Positions 57,403-64,000 of a DNA stretch of 64,000 bases are shown here, piece by piece. The DNA is from a virus. A program made the translations under genes and the position numbers. Positions within the stretch are counted from its first letter, which is position 1. Every line of letters starts with the position of its first letter. The stretch lies in the IMG/VR virus record IMGVR_UViG_3300029928_000010; one strand, written 5' to 3'. Below the pieces are notes generated by a model. The model was given only the letters and a program-made list of their open reading frames with translations. It did no database searches and was not told the origin of the DNA.

Positions 57403-57733
57403 GATCCACCTCCTTTTCTGTAATCAACAACTCCTCGAACACTGGGAAGTCGGTTACTTGGATTCCCCAGTTCTCGATATTGTTCTCTCCGTACTCCTCA
57501 ACGTCCTCGCCCTCGTACTCGTCGGCATAGAAAGCTTTGATGCTCTCTTTCTCCTCTGCCATCTTCTCCTTGGCTGCGGTCTTGGTGGAATACACTCCCA
57601 CAACCTCGAACGTGTCTTGGTCTTGGTTGTCTCGACCTTGCTTGGTCAACACAAATACTTTCATTGTTCTCATTGTTGCTTGTCTCCTATGTTTGATTAA
57701 TAAAATATCAACTGGCTCTGCAAGTCTTCGCAA
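57395..57733 (-). CDS. Hypothetical protein
   Basis: 112 aa. Confidence 0.35.
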   Translation of the reverse strand: MRRLAEPVDILLIKHRRQATMRTMKVFVLTKQGRDNQDQDTFEVVGVYSTKTAAKEKMAEEKESIKAFYADEYEGEDVEEYGENNIENWGIQVTDFPVFEELLITEKEVDHD

Positions 57734-58126
57734 TACTGCTCTGCGTATGCTCTTGCATCACTCTCACTTGCGCCGCTATTCATTGCAGCGTAATAGGCAT
57801 CGTTGTAGATGTCGTGTATTACTTCACTCATTGTGTAAATCCTTTCTTTAAATCGTTAAACTTATTCTTATCTTGGTGGGCTGCCAGTCTCTGCCACTGG
57901 CTCGGTGGCTGTCTTGCGATTCCACTAGCCCTATATTAAGCAACAACAATTATTTCTATCTGATAGGCTGCAATACTCTAGCCTTTGGAACGTTCTTGCC
58001 ATTCAGTAAGTAATTCACTCTGTGCGGCTCTCTCTGCTTCACAAACGTCTCCTTGACCAAATATCTGCGGTTCAAGTGGTCTGCGATGGTCGCTCCCTTG
58101 AAACATTTCTCCAGTATTATCATAAC

Positions 58127-58768
58127 TTAGCCCTCCATCAAATGTTTAACAAGTTCATCCTTGGTGGCGAAGATTTCGTCAAAGCCATAAGCGATGTACT
58201 GGTTGCCTACGTTCAACAACACTTGGTTGTCGTTTAGTGCTCGCTTTAGCTTGTCCTCTAGTATTCCTCTATTATCAAAACAATAATAGTTGGTGAAATT
58301 AGGGTTGATGCCACTGGCTACAATGTGGAATACATCTTCACCTAAATCTCTAGACTTGTAATCAGCGAAGAATTTGTTATTGTCCGCTGAGCGTGTCAAA
58401 GTCAAGTGAACAATCTTACCTTCAATAATCTTGTTATTTCTCATTGCGTACACTTTCTGACCGATATAAAAGTCGGTCTGCAAGGTTATAGCTGCCCTTG
58501 GCACAACTTGTACTTTGTCCGTGTCTAGCCAAAAACCTGCAACCAAAGTATTTCCATGTGCTATGTCTTGGGCGATTCTGTCAAACACCTCCTTGTCGGT
58601 TGGCTCTCTATCGAAATACTCTCCGTTCTCGTCCTCTTCCTCAATATCGTAAGTGTATTCGTATCCGTCCTTGTCTGTGATAACAAGTCCGCATGCTTGC
58701 GCCTTTACCACATCTTGGATGGTTGTTACCTCGAAACCTACAAAATTTCCTACTGCTATTGTATTCAT
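58127..58768 (-). CDS. Hypothetical protein
   Basis: 213 aa. Confidence 0.4.
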   Translation of the reverse strand: MNTIAVGNFVGFEVTTIQDVVKAQACGLVITDKDGYEYTYDIEEEDENGEYFDREPTDKEVFDRIAQDIAHGNTLVAGFWLDTDKVQVVPRAAITLQTDFYIGQKVYAMRNNKIIEGKIVHLTLTRSADNNKFFADYKSRDLGEDVFHIVASGINPNFTNYYCFDNRGILEDKLKRALNDNQVLLNVGNQYIAYGFDEIFATKDELVKHLMEG

Positions 58769-58798
58769 ATCTTATTCTCCTATAATTTAAATTGTTCG

Positions 58799-58990
58799 TT
58801 ACTTGCTATTGTTCATTGGTTTGATTTCTCCGTGCTTGACTGCATCCTCGTAAAACTCTTGTGTTAGAAGATTCTGTGAGCCATAATAGCGGAAAATCGT
58901 GTCTAGCGCTTGCTCTGTTGGCATTCCTAGTAATACACCTTTCAAGTATCGGTGTATTGCTAGCTGCGTTTTCTTATCTTCTGTTCCCAT
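58799..58990 (-). CDS. Hypothetical protein
   Basis: 63 aa. Confidence 0.3.
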   Translation of the reverse strand: MGTEDKKTQLAIHRYLKGVLLGMPTEQALDTIFRYYGSQNLLTQEFYEDAVKHGEIKPMNNSK

Positions 58991-59315
58991 AATTCACTCT
59001 TGCGTTATAAGTTCTTCCGATGATGTTATCTACCAGTGCTTGGCGCTCATAGTCGGTGCAGTCCGCAAAATCCGTCTGCTCCTCATAGAAACGTGCTGCG
59101 CTCTTCAATTCGTGAAGGCTCGCTTTGGTGAAGTCCTTGGCTGGGTTCAACTGGCGAAGACTCTCGCAAGTCTTGCAATACTCGATGAAGTCAACCAACT
59201 CCTTGCGCTCCGTCTCACGTGCGTGTGCGTGCGCATAACTGGCGATTGTTACCAAAGGTAGGATGGCTATTGCCATCACTACCAAAACTTTCTTAATGCT
59301 CTTTCTCATGCCCAT
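58974..59315 (-). CDS. Secreted small protein
   Basis: 113 aa. N-terminal signal peptide MGMRKSIKKVLVVMAIAILPLVTIASYAHA. Confidence 0.4.
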   Translation of the reverse strand: MGMRKSIKKVLVVMAIAILPLVTIASYAHAHARETERKELVDFIEYCKTCESLRQLNPAKDFTKASLHELKSAARFYEEQTDFADCTDYERQALVDNIIGRTYNARVNYGNRR

Positions 59316-59614
59316 TTAATTGTTGCTGATATTATTGAATTCATTTCTAACTTAACGACTAGATTGTTGTCGTGAGCGAGTTCTTTTACGAAATCTTTCA
59401 ATCTCTTTTCCATTTCTCGCTTGTTGACATATCCCGAGAATAAGATATAAATCTGTCTCTCGTTCCAATAGTACTTTGCATTGGCAATAGTATTATTGAT
59501 GTACCCGACAACTTCTGTTTTGTTCTTTTCCTTGGCGGTGTATTTTCCGCCATCATACAGAAGACTTGCCATTTGGTCGAAGTCTAGGAAATTACCTACA
59601 TAATTTATCTTCAT
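59306..59614 (-). CDS. Hypothetical protein
   Basis: 102 aa. Confidence 0.35.
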   Translation of the reverse strand: MKINYVGNFLDFDQMASLLYDGGKYTAKEKNKTEVVGYINNTIANAKYYWNERQIYILFSGYVNKREMEKRLKDFVKELAHDNNLVVKLEMNSIISATIKWA

Positions 59615-59618
59615 TGTC

Positions 59619-59804
59619 TTACGAATTAATCTTTTTATCTAGTCTCTTTAATACCTTGTCGGTGTCCTTGCTGAAGCTAATACTGGCTTCAATAACTATC
59701 TTGTCTCCTATTGCCTTGCGATAACTATTTGTTGTTACCGCTGCAAGAAGTTCGGATAGTACGTTAAACTCCTTGTCTGTTAGTTCAATCTTAATTTTCT
59801 CCAT
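59619..59804 (-). CDS. Hypothetical protein
   Basis: 61 aa. Confidence 0.3.
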   Translation of the reverse strand: MEKIKIELTDKEFNVLSELLAAVTTNSYRKAIGDKIVIEASISFSKDTDKVLKRLDKKINS

Positions 59805-60117
59805 ATGGCATTAATTTTATGTCTATATTGTAAGGAAGTGTGTGCATTGGCTTATCCTCCTCGTTGGTGTACTTGAAGAAGTTCTTCGATTGGTCTCCTC
59901 CAAATTTATTAATGGTGGATTCTATCGTACCTTTGCATATCTGATGCGTTAACTCAACACTCCAATAATGGTAAATCGAAGAAAGTTGAAACTCCATCTT
60001 GTCTAGTCTAGCCAGTGCAATAAGCCCGAAATCGGGATTTACGAACAACATGTTTTGACCTACGAAAATAGCGTCTATTCTGTTGGTTGCGTCCTTTGTT
60101 ACTCTAATTACTTTCAT
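59791..60117 (-). CDS. Hypothetical protein
   Basis: 108 aa. Confidence 0.35.
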   Translation of the reverse strand: MKVIRVTKDATNRIDAIFVGQNMLFVNPDFGLIALARLDKMEFQLSSIYHYWSVELTHQICKGTIESTINKFGGDQSKNFFKYTNEEDKPMHTLPYNIDIKLMPYGEN

Positions 60118-60130
60118 TGTCCTATTATGT

Positions 60131-60406
60131 TTAAATGTTCATATACTCTTCCTTGGTGTGGTGTCCATTAAACCAAATGTCGTTTGATTCCTTTACGTTA
60201 CCTCTCCATCTGTCTACGTTGTGTAACTTATAGATGTTATCAACATATCTATCGAATATGGATTTAACCTTATTAACCTTTTCGAGTACCTTGTTTCTAA
60301 CCTCTTTGCTTGGTCTTCCGTCCTTCCATGAATCGCACATCAGATAATTCATGATGTATGTTAACTGCTTGTACAACTCATAAGGCGATTTTTTCTTATT
60401 CTTCAT
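60131..60406 (-). CDS. Hypothetical protein
   Basis: 91 aa. Confidence 0.35.
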   Translation of the reverse strand: MKNKKKSPYELYKQLTYIMNYLMCDSWKDGRPSKEVRNKVLEKVNKVKSIFDRYVDNIYKLHNVDRWRGNVKESNDIWFNGHHTKEEYMNI

Positions 60407-60423
60407 TGTCTTGTATTGTTTGC

Positions 60424-60470
60424 GTGGGGAGTGCGCTTGCGCACTGGGGGCGCTGCCCCCTTATCTCCCC
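60424..60470. repeat. GC-rich palindromic repeat unit, copy 1
   Basis: agtgcgcttgcgcact (7-bp stem), then ctgggggcgctgcccccttatctcccca. Shares a 28-bp exact core with copy 3. Confidence 0.55.
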
Positions 60471-60573
60471 ACTGGTTATTTACTCATCGGGTAAATGTTT
60501 ACCCTTTTCAATTGCCATTCTAAAGATAAATCCAATAATGGCTCCAAGTACATAAGGTGTTATATCTAGCATA

Positions 60574-60798
60574 TCACTTGCCCTCCATCATCATTCGTTT
60601 GACTTCCTCGTAAGACTGGTTAACCAACATCTTGCGAGTTCCCTTGCTCTCTATTGGGTTTATGAATACTAGCATACATTCACCCTCAAATGGGTATAAG
60701 TAAGCTAGATTACTGGTGTTCACAAGTCCTGTGATTCCACCGCTTGTAAGTTCGATAAACATATTCTGTTCCTTTCTTTTAAATTGTTCTGTATCCAC
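60574..60798 (-). CDS. Hypothetical protein
   Basis: 74 aa. Confidence 0.3.
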   Translation of the reverse strand: MDTEQFKRKEQNMFIELTSGGITGLVNTSNLAYLYPFEGECMLVFINPIESKGTRKMLVNQSYEEVKRMMMEGK

Positions 60799-60979
60799 TA
60801 ACTAACACTTTGTTGTACAAGTCGTAAATCTCATCGAAAACCTTTTGTGTTTGGATATGTATCTCACATTTACCCAAAAAGCCTTCCGTCTCGGATGTCT
60901 TCAAAGACTTTGTGGCGATACCCTCCAAGATGTCACGTAGTAGAAAATACTCGCTATCTGTTAGCTTGATATTCTTCAT
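60779..60979 (-). CDS. Hypothetical protein
   Basis: 66 aa. Confidence 0.3.
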   Translation of the reverse strand: MKNIKLTDSEYFLLRDILEGIATKSLKTSETEGFLGKCEIHIQTQKVFDEIYDLYNKVLVSGYRTI

Positions 60980-61067
60980 TGTTGTTCCTTTCTTTTAATT
61001 GTTATTACTAGTGCGGTCTCACGGCTTGAACGTGAAGTGCTCCTCTATTCGCTGACCGCTCCTTGAT

Positions 61068-61313
61068 TTACATCTTGCAAAAGTTGAAGATTCTAACAAA
61101 CTGGTATAAGGTTTCTCTGTCGCAAAGGTGGTACAAGTCCTCAAAGATAAACTCCTTGCACTCTCTTGTGCCCTCTCTGTAGGTCTCCTGCATCTGCTTT
61201 GCGGTTGCGTTGCCACAATCTAGCCAGTACAAGAAGATAGCCCCTAATGATTCGTAGTCGTTACTCTCATCATAGAATTTCTTCTGCTGCTCATAAGTCT
61301 TGTTCTTTCTCAT
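61068..61313 (-). CDS. Hypothetical protein
   Basis: 81 aa. Confidence 0.35.
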   Translation of the reverse strand: MRKNKTYEQQKKFYDESNDYESLGAIFLYWLDCGNATAKQMQETYREGTRECKEFIFEDLYHLCDRETLYQFVRIFNFCKM

Positions 61314-61316
61314 TGT

Positions 61317-61580
61317 CTATTTAACTTTAATGTACATAATTCTATAATAAACGTCTCGTCCCTCCTTAGAAGATTCTGTATGAGAATAGCGCTCCCAAGT
61401 ATGGTAGTACTTTCCGTTATGTCGTGTTCGTCCTATCCATCTGTAACCGATTTGTTTATTAAGTTTCTTCGAATACTGGATTCTCTCCTTAGTGAAAGTT
61501 GCGGGAGAATAATGCTCCTCAACAACTTTCTTTCCCTCGTTTGTGCTCCACAAAGTTTGGTATAATATCTTGTACCCCAT
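61317..61580 (-). CDS. Hypothetical protein
   Basis: 87 aa. Confidence 0.35.
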   Translation of the reverse strand: MGYKILYQTLWSTNEGKKVVEEHYSPATFTKERIQYSKKLNKQIGYRWIGRTRHNGKYYHTWERYSHTESSKEGRDVYYRIMYIKVK

Positions 61581-61595
61581 TGTCTTAACCTCCTA

Positions 61596-61781
61596 TTAAT
61601 TAATACTTCCGTCCTCATATACTTCGATGTTCCAGTTGTCTGCAACATCTTCAAGTGCATCCGCCATCTTGTCGGATTCCATAACGTTGGATAACTCTTC
61701 TAGAAGAGCGTCCGCTCCTTGTACTCCCTTAAGGTTCTGCAATAATGTGTAAACCTCTCTCCAATCTCTTAAAACTGCCAT
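61596..61781 (-). CDS. Hypothetical protein
   Basis: 61 aa. Confidence 0.3.
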   Translation of the reverse strand: MAVLRDWREVYTLLQNLKGVQGADALLEELSNVMESDKMADALEDVADNWNIEVYEDGSIN

Positions 61782-61986
61782 ATTATTAACCTCCTATATT
61801 AATAGTTTAACTTATTCTTTAATGCTCTTATCTCTTTGATGAGGGAATTAGCGAAATGCTCGGGATATGCTCCCATTTTCTCGTATCTTTGAATTGTTGG
61901 TATTCTATCGTCTAAAGCGATGGTGATTATCTGTACCTCATCACTTGTAAGTGTTATTGTTTTCTCCATTGTCTTGTGTCCGTTAG

Positions 61987-62036
61987 GCTCGGGGGAGGGC
62001 GAAGCCCCGGGGGCTTGCCCCCTTATCTCCCGAGGG
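61987..62036. repeat. GC-rich palindromic repeat unit, copy 2
   Basis: ctcggg…gggggcttgcccccttatctcccgag. Outer stem ctcggg/cccgag, inner hairpin ggggc-tt-gcccc, and the shared tail cccccttatctccc. Confidence 0.5.
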
Positions 62037-62539
62037 TGTTACTCACTCATTTCATATACCCAAAATGTAGCTATTCTTTTCTCACCTTGTGCGATATTCG
62101 ATAGCTTTGCAAAATTGCCTGCATCCTCCTTGTTATCGAATTGTCCCGATACATCAGTACTCTTTGTTACATTGTACTGCTTGATAACTAAATACTTCTT
62201 CATGTTGTTGTTGCTTTAATAATTAAACATCTAGTTAAAAAGGTGCAGGTGTACGTTTGCTCCCAACGTCTGCAAGCTATATGCAGCCTAGCTCCCTCTC
62301 TTAACGTTCGTGGGTCAACGTGTTTCGATATTTAACCACTCTAACACGAGTGTGTGTTTACTTCCGCCCTAGAAGAGTGTTTGAGACTTCTTTGTCTGTG
62401 CGCCTTTGGCAGTTCTGCGCTAACTGGGTTGCATTTTCCTTTGATGTTTTAGAAGTTCTATCTCTTCCCCATTTCCCGACTAAGCTGTTACTTTATAGAG
62501 GTAGTTAAACGTGATTGGGCTAAACGTGCCATCGTTCCT

Positions 62540-62790
62540 CTTTGAAATCTCGTTGTAACTTGATTTCGAGTGCAAAGATAGCGCATTTCTGCGAAAGTTG
62601 TATCAAAATATCGAAATATCTTGCTTATTTTTACGCTATTTAACTAAAAACTAGCGCAAATATACGAAAGTCTTAAAAGAATTAACAAATAAATAGCGTA
62701 ATTATACGTTATCAAAAATAAAAAAGTTTGGTAATTTTGCGCTAGTTTGAAAGAAATTTTGTATCTTTGCAACCTAAAATATATAAAATA
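62540..62790. promoter_or_regulatory. Divergent promoter region of the second cluster
   Basis: Minus-strand -7 TATCTTTGcactcg at about 62561-62575. Plus-strand TATCTTTG at about 62762-62769, 21 nt before the ATG at 62790. Confidence 0.35.
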
Positions 62791-63092
62791 TGATAGAATT
62801 AAGAGTAAAAGAGTGCTGCAAGGCACACAACATATTGATGTCAGAATTGGCTACCCGAATGGGCTATGAGCAAGTAACCAGTCTTAACCAGTTGTTGAGA
62901 CGAAGAAAGATTGGGCTTGACAAGTTGGAGCAAATGGCAGATATAATCGGCTGCAAGGTGTCTGAATTGTTCGAGGAGGAGAGCAAAGAAGACTTTGCCG
63001 CATATATCCGCTACAAAGGTATTCATTATACCGCTGATAACATTGAAGAGTTTATGAAACAAGTTGACGAAATAAAAACTATAATGAAATGA
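62790..63092 (+). CDS. XRE-family HTH regulator
   Basis: 100 aa. HTH HNILMSELATRMGYEQVTSLNQLLRRRK. LDKLEQMADIIGCKVSELFEE motif. Confidence 0.5.
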   Translation: MIELRVKECCKAHNILMSELATRMGYEQVTSLNQLLRRRKIGLDKLEQMADIIGCKVSELFEEESKEDFAAYIRYKGIHYTADNIEEFMKQVDEIKTIMK

Positions 63093-63394
63093 AGAAGTTG
63101 AAAGATATAATATTAGGCTTGCTCGGTGCTTGCTTTGTTGGTGTTGTACTGGTGTATTCATTCAAGCATACTTTCTTTCATAGCGTAAATGAAGACGTTG
63201 AGCGAAAGGCAGAAGAACAGAAAGAAGAGTATCATAGAGAGTACGAAGAAATGGAAGTTTGGGCAGATTCGGAAACGAATTACTATCACTTTGACTATTA
63301 CTGCAAAGGGGTTCACGAAGATATGACCGACAAGATGCCATTGTATAAGGCAGAACAACAAGGGTTCGAACCTTGCCACTTCTGTACAGAGTGA
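63089..63394 (+). CDS. Membrane-anchored Cys/His protein
   Basis: 101 aa. N-terminal TM segment, C-terminal CKGVH…CHFC. Confidence 0.4.
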   Translation: MKKLKDIILGLLGACFVGVVLVYSFKHTFFHSVNEDVERKAEEQKEEYHREYEEMEVWADSETNYYHFDYYCKGVHEDMTDKMPLYKAEQQGFEPCHFCTE

Positions 63395-63465
63395 GGGCGC
63401 CAGCCCCTCGGGCGTGGGGAGCGGCGCCAGCCGCTGGGGGCGCTGCCCCCTTATCTCCCCAAGGT
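63395..63465. repeat. GC-rich palindromic repeat unit, copy 3, with an internal tandem duplication
   Basis: gagggcgccagcccctcggg / gagcggcgccagccgctgggg tandem sub-repeats, then the shared core ctgggggcgctgcccccttatctcccca. Confidence 0.55.
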
Positions 63466-63659
63466 TCTCTTCCCTCTCTCCCCTGAATATACCTCCATAC
63501 ACTCCAAGATACATTTCATCGTACTTCCATCGGAGCTACATCGGACTTGTATCGGACTTATCCAAGAAGAGCGCATTATGACTTCATATCCCCTAGAAAT
63601 ATCCTCTCTAGACCATTGTTTCTAGATTGGCGAAGAATCCAGCACAAAACAGAGAAAAG

Positions 63660-63790
63660 CCCCGAAAACGGCTGAAATTGGCTCTAGATGGGCTAAAAAT
63701 GGGCTTAAACTGGCTCAAAACTCTCGAATTTGGGAGAAATCTCAGGGAATCGGGCGAAAATCGCAAAAATCGCTGAAAATGACTTGACTT
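63660..63790. repeat. Short tandem degenerate repeats (iteron-like)
   Basis: ggctgaaattgg / ggctaaaaatgg / ggcttaaactgg, then gcgaaaatcgc / aaaaatcgc / tgaaaatgac. Confidence 0.4.
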
Positions 63791-64000
63791 CGAGTGCAAC
63801 AAGCCCAAGAATGGGAGGAACACAAGGTTAAATCTTCTTAACGAATGCCTTATGCGTGCGTGCGTACCTATTAATGCAACTAGCCGAAATCGAGGTAAAT
63901 GAGCACAAAAGGGCAAATTATCATTTATCTTTACACTTTTGTTTTATATAGTCTCGGGAATGACTGAGACTAAACATCTAATAATTAAGTACTTGTATTT

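Larger units (their letters stand above)
55958..64000. mobile_element. Second phage-like early-gene cluster (continuation of the same prophage or an adjacent integrated element)
   Basis: 18+ tightly packed small minus-strand ORFs, a divergent XRE regulator at 62790, and TATCTTTGCACTCG promoter boxes identical to the Cro promoter of the main phage. Confidence 0.3.

Noticed and set aside
63361-63377. GGGTTCGAACCTTGCC resembling a tRNA T-arm
   Set aside because: Lies inside the coding frame of 63089-63394 with no flanking acceptor or D-arm structure. Coincidental.
60424-63465. Possible CRISPR array suggested by three similar GC-rich palindromes
   Set aside because: Only three copies, irregular spacing of about 1.5 kb, interspersed with coding genes, no cas genes. 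Classed as a dispersed repeat family instead.

Overview
This window is almost entirely an integrated temperate tailed phage of Bacteroidales type. The read is supported by TAnnTTTG promoter -7 motifs throughout and a Bacteroides-style tyrosine integrase. The first sentence of each finding below is what the sequence itself shows; gene functions are inferred from motifs and gene order.

Gene order, left to right:
- Minus strand, 1-3314: a portal gene (truncated by the window edge) and a large terminase whose P-loop is interrupted by a 217-aa Hint-domain intein.
- Plus strand, 3459-34563: scaffold, capsid, neck proteins, major tail protein, a tail chaperone with a -1 programmed frameshift on an A10 tract, a 2338-aa tape measure, a tail tip protein, a complete diversity-generating retroelement (DGR), tail fibers, small accessory genes, then a lysis cassette (holin, GH108 endolysin, spanin-like).
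- Minus strand, 47731-34695: an early operon containing NinG-like, a BRO antirepressor, an SbcC/Rad50-like ATPase with a zinc hook, RecT, an MBL-fold protein and MazG.
- 47740-48660: a 0.9-kb non-coding hub. It holds two tRNA-like elements with abnormal anticodon regions, two hairpins with near-identical 14-nt loops and different (covarying) stems, and a three-copy palindromic repeat.
- 48667-49419: a Cro-like / XRE-repressor switch.
- 53808-49466: a convergent accessory (moron) operon with an SPFH lipoprotein and a small membrane partner.
- 54735-55871: a tyrosine integrase flanked on both sides by TTGATAACAT arrays.
- 55958-64000: a second run of phage-like small early genes, an XRE regulator and a three-member GC-rich palindromic repeat family.

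The standout system is the DGR (20976-24134). All 16 VR/TR differences fall on template adenines, and the reverse transcriptase carries the DGR-specific IGxxxSQ motif. The likely target is a tail receptor-binding protein.

No CRISPR array, rRNA or canonical insertion sequence was seen.
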